In this document: positions 36,499 through 48,515 of the stretch, piece after piece | Position numbering within the stretch: the first letter of the stretch is position 1 | Layout: every line of letters begins with the position of its first letter | From: Azolla caroliniana | Taxonomy: Eukaryota > Plantae > Polypodiophyta | NCBI GenBank assembly: GCA_043228905.1 | Contig: JBHGNT010000003.1 | Span: 18,848,001-18,912,000 of the forward strand | DNA length: 64,000 nt | Direction of reading: 5' to 3' | Position numbers and translations under genes: made by a program | The notes under the pieces: model-generated | Databases searched by the model: none | What the model was told of the DNA's origin: nothing | Seen by the model: the letters and a program-made list of their open reading frames with translations, nothing else

Positions 36499-39400
36499 AT
36501 GGAAAGGGGTATATATTGGTGGAAAAGATCCAAATATGAAGTATGCATATGTGGTAAACTGAAGAAGAAGGTCTTGGAGAGATTGTTTTGTAGTGATTCA
36601 CAATCTAAGGAAAGGAAATATGAGGTTTTTGATGATGTTGAGATATCTAAAGGTAGATTTAAGGATCATGAATCAGTGATGGTGGAAAATGAGAATGTGT
36701 GCAAGGGAAGATTTAACGGTGCTTCAGAAGCTGTAAACTATGTGACAAATTTGAGAAATGAAAATGTCTTTAAAGGCAGATTTGAATATGATTTTTTGAT
36801 GAATTCTTGTTCCACAAAAAAGGATCCATGTGCATGCATATTTGAGGATGATGATCCAGCAGTGGTGAAAAATGAGGCAGATTTGAGAAATAAGGATCTA
36901 TGTAAAAGAAGGCTCGAGGATTGTTCAGCTTTGTGGATCTCTCATGACAAGAAATATCATCCATCAAAAGGTATATTTGAGGAAGATAATGCAGCAGCTG
37001 CGAAAAATGGTTTATCCAAAGGCATATTTGAGGATGATACAGTAGTCGTGGCTTTGCTGAAGTCTTGTGCCAAGAGAAAGGATCTATCTAAAGGTAGCCT
37101 TATACATGCTGATATTGTCAAGCGGGGATTGCTTAAGAGAAACCTTTTCGTAGGGAATACTCTCGTTGATATGTATGCAAAATGTGGTGCACTTGTGAAG
37201 GCAAGACAGGTATTTGATGAGCTTCTTCTACGTGATGTAGTATCGTGGACAATACTAATTTCAGGATATTCACGACATGGACAAAGTGAAGCAGCACTAG
37301 ATTGTTTTGAACAAATGCATAGTGAAGGCATCTCTCCGAATGCTGTAACCTATGCGTGTATCTTGAAATCATGTGCAAGTTTAGGTGCAGCTGAGAAAGG
37401 CAAAGAAATACATGCAGAGATAATCAGAGAGGGGTTTCTGGGAAAGCATAGTGTTCTTGGAAATGCATTGGTAGATATGTATGTCAAATGTGGCGCCCTT
37501 ACAAAAGCAAAAGATGTATTTGATGAACTTGTCGATCCGGATCTTCTATCATGGACTTCATTGATTTCTGGATATGCCCAACATGGGCTTGGAGAGGAAG
37601 CATTGAACTGTTTCGATAGGATGCAACATGAGGGCTTCACTCCAGATGCTGTGACATTTTCTTGTGTCCTGAAAGCCTGTAGCAGCATTGGGGCAATCAG
37701 CAAAGGCGAAGAAATCCATGATGAAATCCTCAGAAAAGGGTTGCTTAGAAATAACAGTGTGCTTGGAAATGCATTGGTAGATATGTATGCCAAGTGTGGT
37801 GCACTTGCAAAGGCACAGAAAGCATTTGATGAACTCTCTATTCATGATATAGTATCCTGGACAGCATTAATTGCAGGGTATGCTCAGCATGGACATGGCC
37901 AAGAAGCGCTTTACTATTTTGGGCAGATGCAGCGTGTGGGGCTCTCTCCCAATGCTATTACCTTTGCTTGCATTTTAAAGGCATGTGGCAATATAGGAGC
38001 AACTGAGAAGGGAAAAGATATACATGCGGAGATTGTGAGAGAGGGTTTGCTAACACACAACAGTGTCCTTGGCACTGCATTGGTGGATATGTATGTGAAA
38101 TGTGGTGAACTCGCAAAAGCACTACAAGTGTTTGATGAGCTTCCGTTTCGGAATGTAGCCTCATTTAATGCACTTATTGCTGGATATTGTCAACATGAAC
38201 ATGACAAAGAAGCACTTGAATGTTTTGTACGAATGCAACGTGAGGGGCTCTTTCCAGATAGAGTGACATTTGCTTCCACCTTGACGGCTTGTGGCAGCAT
38301 GGGTGCAACTAACAAGGGCAAACAAATTCATGTGGATATAATTAGAGAGGGGCTGCTTGGAGATGATACTGTGCTGGGAAATGCATTGGTTGATATGTAT
38401 GCCAAATGTGGTGCCATTGGAAAGGCAAGGCATGTACTCGATGAACTTAATTTCCAGGATGCAGTATCGTGGAATGCAATCATTACAGGATATTGCCAAC
38501 ATGAGAGTGGTTATGAAGCACTCACTTGTTTCCACCAAATGCAACAGCAAGGTCTCTCCCCTGACGCAGTAACATTTTCTTCCATTTTGAAAGCTTGTGG
38601 AACCATGGGAGCAACTCGAAAAGGCAAAGAAATACACACTAGGATTTCTAAAGAATGGTTACCAGCCGAAAACAATTTGCTTGGAAATGCCTTGGTGGAT
38701 ATGTATGCTAAATGTGGTGCACTTACAAATGCAGAAGGTGTGTTTCATGACCTCTCCAAAAGAGACACGATCTCATGGAATGCCCTCATCACAGGATATG
38801 CCCAGCATTGGCATAGTGAAGAAGCAATTAATTGCTTTGAAGAGATGCAGCGTGAAGGCCTCTCTCCAGATGCAATAACCTTTGCTTGCATCTTGAAATC
38901 ATGTGGGAACTTAGGAGCAACTGAAAGAGGTGAAGAAATACATGCTCGAATTGTCAGAGAAGGATTATTAGAAACAAATAATGTGCTTGGCAATGCATTG
39001 GTTGACATGTATGCTAAATGTGGTGTGCTTGGTAAGGCATGTCAAGTATTTGATCAACTTCCTGTCAGAGATATAATATCCTGGAATGCATTAATTGCGG
39101 GATATTGCCAACATGGACAAAGTGAGGAAACACTGAAATGTTTTGAACAGATGCAATATGAACTCCGTTTTCCTGACTCAACGACTTTTGCATGCATATT
39201 GAGAGCTTGCGGTAGTATTGGAGCAATTGAGAAAGGGAAAGAGATACATGATGAGATTGTGAGGAAAAGTTTGTTAGGAGAAGATAGTGTGCTTTGGAAT
39301 GCATTGATAGATATGTATGCCAAATGTGGTGAGCTTGTGAAGGCACAAGAAGTGTTTGATGAGCTTCCAGTGAGGAGAGTAGTTTCATGGACTGCATTGA

Positions 39401-40197
39401 TTGCAGGATATGCCCAGCATGGGCATGCTGGAGAAGCTCTGAATTTGTTTGAGCGTATGCAGGGTGAAGGCTTCTGTCCAGATTCAGTGACCTTCCTTTG
39501 CATCTTGAAGGCATGCAGCAGTATTGGAGCAGCTGACAAGGGTGAACAAATACATGAAGCAATTATTAGAGAAGGGTTGCTAGGAAAGGATAATCTTCTC
39601 AGCAATTCATTGGTGGACATGTATGCTAAATGTGGTGCTCTTGCTAAGGCACAAGAAGTTTTTGATGACCTTCTCGATAGGGACGTTGTTGTCTGGACTG
39701 CTCTAATGGCAGGATATGCCCAAATTGGAAACCATGATATTGTGTTTGATTTATTCAAAAAAATGATGCGAGAAGGTATAGAGCCAGACCTGGCCACATT
39801 TACTGTTGTGCTTAATGCATGCAGTTCCTCAGGCCTAGTAAATGAAGGGGAAATGTATTTCAAGATCATGAGTGAACGGTATCGTATACTCCCAACATTG
39901 GAGCATCAGACTTGCATGGTGGATCTCTTTGCCCGTGCAGGGCATTTTGAGAAGGCAATGACAATGATCAAGAAAATGCCATCTTGTGATTATCTTCCAG
40001 CATGGTCTTCTCTACTTGGTGCATGTGCAAAATGGGGAAATGTCAAGCTTGGAAGATTGGCTTTTGAACATTCAGTACGCCTTGACGAAAAGTATGCTGG
40101 GGCTTATGTCCTCATGAGTGATATTTACACATCAGCTGGCATGCAAGAAGATGCAGACATGATTAATGCTCTGAAAATGAGAAATGGACAGTGGTAA
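36499..40197 (+). CDS. PLS-class PPR protein ending in E domains (PCMP-E type), probable organellar RNA-editing factor; no DYW domain. An upstream exon near 36190-36272 is possible
   Basis: 1232-aa ORF with nine S-P-L triplets at a 306-nt period (L(V/I)DMY(A/V)KCG x9), then P2-L2-S2 (LEHQTCMVDLFARAG) and E1/E2 (AWSSLLGAC...YVLMSDIY). Confidence 0.95.
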   Translation: MERGIYWWKRSKYEVCICGKLKKKVLERLFCSDSQSKERKYEVFDDVEISKGRFKDHESVMVENENVCKGRFNGASEAVNYVTNLRNENVFKGRFEYDFLMNSCSTKKDPCACIFEDDDPAVVKNEADLRNKDLCKRRLEDCSALWISHDKKYHPSKGIFEEDNAAAAKNGLSKGIFEDDTVVVALLKSCAKRKDLSKGSLIHADIVKRGLLKRNLFVGNTLVDMYAKCGALVKARQVFDELLLRDVVSWTILISGYSRHGQSEAALDCFEQMHSEGISPNAVTYACILKSCASLGAAEKGKEIHAEIIREGFLGKHSVLGNALVDMYVKCGALTKAKDVFDELVDPDLLSWTSLISGYAQHGLGEEALNCFDRMQHEGFTPDAVTFSCVLKACSSIGAISKGEEIHDEILRKGLLRNNSVLGNALVDMYAKCGALAKAQKAFDELSIHDIVSWTALIAGYAQHGHGQEALYYFGQMQRVGLSPNAITFACILKACGNIGATEKGKDIHAEIVREGLLTHNSVLGTALVDMYVKCGELAKALQVFDELPFRNVASFNALIAGYCQHEHDKEALECFVRMQREGLFPDRVTFASTLTACGSMGATNKGKQIHVDIIREGLLGDDTVLGNALVDMYAKCGAIGKARHVLDELNFQDAVSWNAIITGYCQHESGYEALTCFHQMQQQGLSPDAVTFSSILKACGTMGATRKGKEIHTRISKEWLPAENNLLGNALVDMYAKCGALTNAEGVFHDLSKRDTISWNALITGYAQHWHSEEAINCFEEMQREGLSPDAITFACILKSCGNLGATERGEEIHARIVREGLLETNNVLGNALVDMYAKCGVLGKACQVFDQLPVRDIISWNALIAGYCQHGQSEETLKCFEQMQYELRFPDSTTFACILRACGSIGAIEKGKEIHDEIVRKSLLGEDSVLWNALIDMYAKCGELVKAQEVFDELPVRRVVSWTALIAGYAQHGHAGEALNLFERMQGEGFCPDSVTFLCILKACSSIGAADKGEQIHEAIIREGLLGKDNLLSNSLVDMYAKCGALAKAQEVFDDLLDRDVVVWTALMAGYAQIGNHDIVFDLFKKMMREGIEPDLATFTVVLNACSSSGLVNEGEMYFKIMSERYRILPTLEHQTCMVDLFARAGHFEKAMTMIKKMPSCDYLPAWSSLLGACAKWGNVKLGRLAFEHSVRLDEKYAGAYVLMSDIYTSAGMQEDADMINALKMRNGQW

Positions 40198-42106
40198 TCT
40201 GATTTCTCATATAACGTCGTCATAAAGTAATATATTGAAGGCTGAATATATGCATTATGTGCTCCAAAAGGGAAGTGGTCAAATATGCATTTTGCATAGA
40301 CATGCATTGTGGTGCATTTCCTACCTTATATGATTCACAATACGTATATGATCACAATACCCTATGTGCAAAGGAATGTAAAGTGCCCAGATATGTATCC
40401 TCCTAGTTCAAAAGAGAACTTATTCAAAGCATTCTAAAGAAATATCCATCATAGATGAACCCAACGGTGACTTTGGAAGACACTACCCATTGATCAGAAT
40501 ATGCAGCTTTGAAAATAGGGGGAAATGCAGATCAGCTATGTAGTCCACCAAACTAGCATACTTGCAGGAAAAATTCTCCTGTAAAGTTGTGGTTCGGCAA
40601 GATGTCAGACCAAACTGGTAGATGTGGTGCATTGATTAATGACACAGATGAATGTAGCATAAATACATGCTCACTGTGTTTTTGAAAACATCATGGCTTA
40701 CAAGTACCCAGTATGGTTTCAAACCCATGTGGTCTTTGCAACCTTCCTCTCGCAGACACTAGGGAAGTGGATGATTGTTGGTTAGTTTGTCCAATTGGAT
40801 CTGCATATTGAGTTTGGTCAACGGCTGAAGGTACAGGTTGGGGCATGATCCCAAGGGCCGAGTCTTTACCTCAAAGTTTATGGATGGCAAAGCTGTGAAG
40901 CACACTTACTGATGTACTTGTGAATATTGAATGAAGCAAGAGTTTGAATGCATGGGTGGATAGTGAACGTATCTCATTGAAACCTCAAGTTTCTCACATC
41001 TGTGGCATGTGAGCACATGAATTTTGTATACACAATATTTGGAATTGGATGCCATGATTTATGAACCCAATCATGAAGCTCCCGTGATGAAGGGGCATCA
41101 GCATTGCCCAGTCAATACTGCCGTCACACCATTGACAAGGGAGATGTCTTGCAGTAAATAATATTGCAAGAAAATGTTTCTACTTATGTTGTAAACATGT
41201 TATAGCTTTGTATATTTTCACGATTCTATTTATAAATAGAAGGATCCTATTCCAAAGTCGCACTTTACCAAATCCTATATATGACAAATAGAAGAAAACG
41301 CCACAATTCCAAATCAAACATTGCTAGAAAATCTTTCCTTTGTGTTAATTGTCAATTTATTGAAGGATTTTATAGGTTTCTGTTCACAATTTTGTTTAAT
41401 CTTGTCACTTCCATCAATTTCAGTGTTTATCATCATACTTATAGTAAGTGTGGTCAATCTTATCAATGTCATGACGAAATCACTTGAAATGTTATCATTG
41501 AAAATCATATATAGAAAACTCCTTGAGGAAGAGAGACTTAATGACGAGGCAATCATTTATCATACATTCTAAACTGATCATAAAGATCATTATTGCCACT
41601 CTGCAACACTTAGTTTATGCAAAAGAATCCTCAATACAACACTATACAATGTCATCACCTTGCAACCTCGAACGCGGATGTCAAGTATATTTGATATCCA
41701 TTAATTATGCCGAGGAAAATGCAATAGTGAATTCTCCAATAATTAAAATGAGAAAGAACGAGAAGAAAACCGCAACAGAAATAATGTGATATAGGAAAGA
41801 GAAAATAGAGGTTCTCTGCATCAAATGCAAGATCATGCCTACACAAAATGAGATCTGTATATACCAATCCAAGCATTATCAGTTGAGACCAGAAAATGTG
41901 AAGGATTGTATCTATCAATCCTACATCTTTATCGAATGGACATATTAAACTCGAAAGAGAACTTCATCTTCAATCTATGATCAACCTGAAATTTTCTAAG
42001 AATGAGTTTTTTTGTGTTTATTGCTGCGGGTATTCCTATTCACTCCAATTAGCAAAATGAAGTTTATGCAGTTCTGATAGTTTCTATATTCACAAATATT
42101 CTTTCC

Positions 42107-42649
42107 TTATGAAATAAGCACACTCTTCTTTCTAATGTACTCCTTAAGCAAAGTCTTTTCTGCATCTAACTGTACCTTTTCAGCTTCATTTCTTGGTCTA
42201 ACTTTCCTTCTCTCTGAGAGCATCCATTTAAAGACATCTTGCTGCTCTTCAGGTGAAAATTTTGGCTTCAGAAATTCCTTTGAAGCAACTGTTGGTGACG
42301 TTGCTAAATTCGATTTTGATGGTTCAGGTAAAACAACCGTTGGCTCAAAAATTTCCTTCTTTTCTTCTTTCTCTGGTTTGGCATCTTTTTCCTTCTCTTC
42401 TGTTGCTGTCTCTGTGGCTGATTGGGGTTCATTTGAATCTTCAGAAGGCTTTGAACTTGTTCTGAAGAGCGTGTAACCTTTGTGCATGTTAAGATTATCA
42501 GTCCATATACTTTGAAATAATATAGATTCATTTTGCAAATGTATATTGTCAATGTCAGCAGTGTATATACAAACACACCAACACATGTTCATATACTACC
42601 AATATTGGTTTGTCAAAACATTTATATATTCAGAAATTCTCTGTTGCGG

Positions 42650-42701
<52 letters not shown>

Positions 42702-45700
42702 GACCTATACACATTCTCACAAGAACATTGTAGTATTTAGAAATTCCTGTAAATCATTACACACAATATACGATGCAGTATCATGAAAATTTACGCACTG
42801 TAGACAAAACAAGGGAAACACTCATGAATTGGACACCACGAAGATGTATTTCTTCCAATTCTGCAACCCTCTTGTTACCATTAGAGTCCCGGACATAGTT
42901 TGCAAGGTTTCTTTGTTATCAATGTTTTATATTTACTATATTTCACATATTCAGATACCAGTTTCTGAGAAGTGGTCAATAATAATGGTTATATCTGTAG
43001 TTTTCTTGGGTAAACAGTGGTCTTCACATTAGAGTTTCCAGGAGTAAGGAAGCTCGAATGAGGCACTCCAATGAATTCATATTTCTTTTCTTTTATTCCC
43101 TTGTTATGACGATGGTTTCAAATCTCTTCGGTGTTCATATTTCCTATTTCACCTGTATATTTTGTGTTGGATCTTTACCCTTCGGGTAAACCAAGTTTTG
43201 AAACAACCAATGCACTAGGGTTCAAATTTGAATAATTGTGGTAATGTATTAGATGCCACTGCATGACGTTGGGTTTTCACCAGACAAACTTAACGAGGTA
43301 CAGTTGCCCTTCTCTCTCTCAGGTTCCTTCATGTGATTTAGGCTTCTTGGTACGTTTTACTATGTTTTACGATATCTTGCAACAATTTAGTGTGGTTCTG
43401 TTTTAGCATTTCTGCATTTTAAGTTTTCTTGGTTTGCTCATTCACGTTGCATTTTTATTGCGTTTCAGGATCTCATTCAGGATGCGTTTTAAAGATTTCT
43501 TTCTTGTTCTGTTTTGAATGTTTCTTTTCATGCATTTTATGTTTCTTTTTCTAATGCAGAAATTTGAGATTTTTTAGTCACATTTTATTTTTATTTACTT
43601 AGTTACATTTATTTGGGTTTACTTTTATTTACTTAGTTACATTAGTTTGGTTTACTTTTATTTACTTAGTTACATTTATTTGGTTTGTTGTTCTCAAAGA
43701 TGAACATTGTAAGATGTAATCTTTTGTTTGGTTCGATAAGCCATTTCAGGTTTATTTGGTTTACTTTTATTTACTTAGTTATATTATTTGTTTTGTTGTT
43801 CTCAAAGATGAGAGAACATTTTAAGATGTACTCTTTTGTTTGGTCTTATAAGCTAGTTTCGTTTTTTACAACATTGCATCAAAATCATAGAATTGAGAGA
43901 ACCTTAGTTCAGTACTTACCATGGGCTTGGCCCATCCCAGATATTGTATTTAATCTACTATGAACGTTGATAATCTCTCTGTCTCTCTAGGGAACAACAC
44001 ATGAACCACATGAAAAGAGCTGCTCTTACCGACTACTACTGCATTCAGCACAAGAAGCGTTGTAAGGGCCGTGCGAAACCGATACCAGATGGGTTGTTTT
44101 GGTACCTGGGTGGATGCTGTGCCCAAAGACTCAGCCTTGCTAGTTCCATTACTTCCACCCGTGTCTTTGGAGTAGGAGGCAGCCGGAGGATCCATGGGCA
44201 GAGATATACCTACAACACATGTCAATAATCAAACACAAAGCTTAGAAACCCTATGATGATGCATCAGAAACAAGACATAGTAATAAACAAACACAGGAAT
44301 GGTGTTCTTGATACTTGAAGAAAACACACACAGGTGCATGTTTCATCTCATAGGCCAGATTTAGGTGAACACATGTGCATGTTTCAAGCAAAAGATCTCT
44401 CTTTCTCTACATCCACACGTGAATGCAAATAGTGTCCACTAGTCATGATGTTCTGACGGATGATACGTAACAAAGCCTCCATCCTGCACAAGAACATCTG
44501 AGCTAAATTGGCCACACCCTCCATTATGGCAGAAGTATGGTTCTCACCATGAACCTCATCAACTACATAGAAACCATGCCACCTTAAAGAATTTGAAGCA
44601 CGAAAGGAAACAACATCTGAAACATCAAAGGAAATGGCAGCAACCATTGGCAACAACGTGGCTCAACAACAATGGTAGAACTTGCCACTTGTTCACTGGT
44701 CCACACACCACCAAGATGATGAAAAGAAAGACATATGGAAACGTTATACCCAAAGGACAATCACATCAAGAACCCTCCAACCATAACAATGGCTTATTAT
44801 AAAGATCATTTCATAACCTTTGCAAATGATTATTCATACAGAGGCTGAGGTACATGGAAGTTTACATGGGGACCCATAGAGCTTGTAAAGTAATAGGGAA
44901 ACTCAGAGTATATCAAAGTAAGATGCACAGTTCACATACTTAGGTCTGTCAGTCTTTGCAAGTTATGCGAATGAGAGGTCGAGAACACAAAACATTTTGT
45001 ATGAAGATGCCCAATCTACAAGGACATTGGAACGAAGTATCCTGCACTCTTCACCAAGTACACCATCCTCCGACAGATGATGGAGAAGGTCTCACTTTTG
45101 CCAAGCCTTGCTCAATTGGCAGAAGCATATGGAATCACCTCTAATGTTAGCACATGAGATACATAGGAAATTACTCATCCTCGACTTTTCCTTAGGCCCA
45201 CACCTCCACTGACAAGGTCTCAATGTCGCCATGGAGCAAGCAAGGCACATGGGTGAGTACCAGAATACATTATACATGGGCCATATCAGAAACAGATCAT
45301 TTTTCACCATGTACAAGATAGCAACCGATGTACTTCTTCGTCACCTTGCTCCACCATACCAATTAATATCAGGTACAATGTTCACTCGTCACTACTCATC
45401 GCCTACATAGTAGTTGCACTTCATGCTTGTAACTATGCCAAGCATAATTACCAGGTGTAAAGACACTTCATGCATTAAGATCATTGACATGGACCTTTAG
45501 GAAACCTAGGACTTTTATTCTTTTACTGTACAGATGACCTGATTCATGAAATCCACTCAAATTTGGAATCTTCATTTATCCCTACTTTACCTACTCGTAT
45601 CCTTAGATTCGTTTCACATCGTATCCCTTTTGTCCCACGGATAACACAAATAGGTCGATTTCTGCCTCTAAGAGAGGTTAAATACCATTTCTTTCTCTCT

Positions 45701-45907
45701 TTTATTGTAAAATAGTATTTTGTTAAATTACAAAGATGCAAAATTACAAGGTCACACAGCATATCTCTCTCTCTTTCTCTCTTTCTCCACACACACACAC
45801 ACACACACACAGATATAGAGAGAAGTGGTTTACTTACCAGGAAGAGATCTTTGGCTCTTCTTGGGTCTGTGGAGCAGAACCTTTGGCTGTTGCCTTGACT
45901 CGCTCAT
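42107..45907 (-). CDS. Conserved uncharacterised plant single-TM protein (resembles the At1g55160-like family, from memory), 3 exons, 206 aa
   Basis: Exons 45907-45838, 44209-44030 and 42477-42107 join in frame (621 nt) through GT-AG introns: MSESRQQPKVLLHRPKKSQ...YRFRTALTTLLVLNAVVVGYTLFRT...EEQQDVFKWMLSERRKVRPRNEAEKVQLDAEKTLLKEYIR. Confidence 0.85.
43560..43860. repeat. Intronic AT-rich minisatellite (~30-bp unit) plus a ~110-bp duplication
   Basis: TTTTATTTACTTAGTTA(C/T)ATT recurs four times. GTTGTTCTCAAAGATGA recurs twice. Confidence 0.85.
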
Positions 45908-46330
45908 TGCGTTTGGAAACAGAGACAACAAAGGAGGAGGAGGAGGAGTTACAGAATGGCATAATTCTTACTTGCAACATACATACATACATACTTTCTT
46001 CTTCATGTAGTTTAGTAATGTATGCATGCAAGCATGTATGTATGTATGTATGTATTTGTGTGTGACATGTGTATATGTATGTATGTCTGTATGTATGTAT
46101 GTTTACTCTAAACCAAGTGAGTGTGTGGAGAAATGTTTAACAAAAGCAAGCAAACGAGCCACTTCTTTCCTTTCTCCTCACCCAAGCATTGGAATTTGGT
46201 ACCATAACCATTGAGCTTCTTTTTTTTACATACGCTGCGACCCGCAAGAGTATGTTGCCCCATTGAACGACCCGACTAGTAGTGTGTTCCCCTCATGTCG
46301 TGAAGCTTCGGCAATGCAAGCAAGATTGAC

Positions 46331-46445
46331 AAACATGCTCCTATGATGAAGGATTAGTAAAAGAGAGTAAAGGCATGCTCCTCTAATAAAGGTCTAGTAA
46401 GCGAGAGTAAGATTCACTCCTATAATGAAAGTTTAGCGAGAGAGA
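46331..46445. repeat. Diverged 40-bp tandem repeat, 3 copies
   Basis: CATGCTCCT.T.AT.AAGG..TAGTAA..GAGAGTAA pattern. Confidence 0.65.
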
Positions 46446-46982
46446 TAGATAGAAGAATGGAAATTACATAACTCTGGTCATGGATGGTGGCAAATCTTAA
46501 AATGTAGTTGGCATTCTAAATTGCCACTTGTAGCAAAGGTCTTCATTTGGAGAGTTTTGATTGAGGGTTTGCCTTTGGGAGTAGCTCTAAAATGACGTAG
46601 ACTAGCAACGAGCAATTGTTTCTTTTGTACTATTCAAATGCAAGATGGTACTCATCATTTCATGCAATGTCTGATTGCTTGTCAAATTTGGAGTTACATT
46701 TCTCAAATCTAACAAGTTTTATCACAGTGTGATTTGATACCTAGATAATGGGTGTTTGCACAATTCACACAGGTTGACCCAAAATCAGAGATGGAGATTG
46801 TTTTCCTATTTCTTAGGTATTGGGGATTGATCATAATTGGGATATGTGCGATGCTTTTGTATTTGATGGTAGGCGTGAAGTCAAAGCATATGTACGAAAG
46901 TTAAAGCGAGTACTATATTAGAGCAAGTGGAAATTCTTTCCTCAGTGCAATATTTGTCTTGCCTATTGGCAATTCAACATGT

Positions 46983-47240
46983 TCCACTACCCATGTAGTT
47001 AGTGGGTCACCATACTCCATTGTGACACCCATTCTGAGAGAGAGATGGATGTAGCTCAGTTGGTAAGGTTGCCCAATGGAGACCAGGTGGTCATGGGTTC
47101 AACCCCTACATTCCACAGTGGCATCTAGTGGAATAGAGATATATATGAAGTATATAATACAGAGGTGAGGAAATTGGGTTTCGAACCCAAGACACAGTGC
47201 TTGTAGTGTTATCAACTTACCACTAGGGTAAGCTAATTAC
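46983..47240 (-). mobile_element. SINE-like dispersed repeat with two tRNA-like modules, copy 1
   Basis: Plus strand: A box TAGCTCAGTTGG (47052) and B box GGTTCAACCCC (47096). Minus strand: TACCCTAGTGG (47230) and GGTTCGAAACC (47187). Inverted homology to 53915-54680. Confidence 0.7.
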
Positions 47241-47252
47241 GATAACAATAAT

Positions 47253-47288
<36 letters not shown>

Positions 47289-47530
47289 TCTATTACCACT
47301 AGGGTAAGCTAATTACGATAACAATAATAAAAAGAGAGAGAGAGACATATTCTATTACCACTAGGGTAAGCTAATTACGATAACAATAATAAAAAGAGAG
47401 AGAGAGACATATTCTATTACCACTAGGGTAAGCTAATTACGATAATAATAATAAAAAGAGAGAGAGAGACATATTCTATTACCACTAGGGTAAGCTAATT
47501 ACGATAATAATAATAAAAAGACAGAGAGAC
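47219..47530. repeat. Tandem array, 62-bp unit x5, containing (GA)n
   Basis: ACCACTAGGGTAAGCTAATTACGATAA(C/T)AATAA at 47219, 47295, 47357, 47419 and 47481. Confidence 0.95.
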
Positions 47531-47818
47531 ATCTTCAGAGGTCAAATGTGACCTATGAGACCAAAAATATTCAATCTATGATTTGAAGGAACTTCAAGAC
47601 CAAGATATTTGAAGGTTTCACACATCCAAGTGGCTCATTATTGTACATAATGCATGGTTTATCTCTTTTTTGCTCTTCATGAGCATAATCTTTGTTTTAG
47701 AGCTATTGACACTTAATTTAGTATGCATGCAATTTTTTCTCGATGCCTTCATAAGCTTTTGTGCATCTCCTAAAGTATTTGCAAAAAGCACTACATCATC
47801 TAAATATAGCAAAAGCAT

Positions 47819-47877
<59 letters not shown>

Positions 47878-48515
47878 ATATGGCCTTCATAAGCTTTTGT
47901 GCATCTCCTAAAGTATTTGCAAAAAGCTCTACATCATCTGCATATAGCAAAAGCATAATAACAAATAGAGAGAGAGAGAAAGAGAGATTATATTATCGTC
48001 TTCGGAGGTCAAATATGACCTATGAGACAAAAAATATTACATTTCACGTGATACGTGTGAAGGTGAGTAGCGACTCTCGATGTCCAAGAACTTTACCAAT
48101 GAATGTTGCAATCGAGAGAAATTCGTGCAAGGATTGGGCTCGATCGAAGAGATGTGGAAAGCATGGTCGAATATGCTCAAAGGTAGAGCATTGTATCAAA
48201 GTGTGATACGCAGACTCTCGAACTTGTTTAGGGCAAAGTGTGCATAGTCGAACACCCGCATCACTTGTGCCCTAACACCCTGTCTCACATTGCAATGCAT
48301 TTGAGCTAAGTCGCATGAAAGCAATGTTTTGAATGGCAAACAACAAGATGGGCTCTAACATGTATGGATGTGTACGATTCCCCCACTCCACGAAAAATAT
48401 AGTTTTGTAGTTAGGTGCAACATGTGTAGTATAATGTGTGAAGCGTGAGCCTCCACATTTGTCACATGTTACGATACATTGGCGTTGCAAAAAAGCCTCA
48501 TTTACAAAGGAATCT
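47530..48515 (-). mobile_element. Inverted mosaic of truncated RTEX-like LINE copies with (CT)n junctions
   Basis: 47600-48270 is the reverse complement of ~33400-34060, including both microsatellite junctions. LINE 3' hairpins at ~48006 and ~47540. The 5' end abuts (GA)n at 48516-48536. Confidence 0.9.

Noticed and set aside
36770-39869. Antisense ORFs over the PPR gene (up to 271 aa)
   Set aside because: Shadows of the repetitive PPR coding strand.
40200-41200. Downstream DYW deaminase exon for the PPR gene
   Set aside because: I could not see a PG box, HxE or CxxC-DYW motif in this stretch.
44450-45030. Second, older RTEX-like LINE fragment in an intron
   Set aside because: Only a faint C..E...HF..RCPIY-like trace across broken frames. 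Too decayed to call.
47045-47115. Functional tRNA gene
   Set aside because: A and B boxes are present, but the acceptor, anticodon and T stems pair poorly, and the sequence is part of a dispersed repeat.
47219-47530. CRISPR-like array
   Set aside because: The intervening sequence is the same in every unit apart from (GA)n length. There are no unique spacers or cas genes, and the context is eukaryotic.
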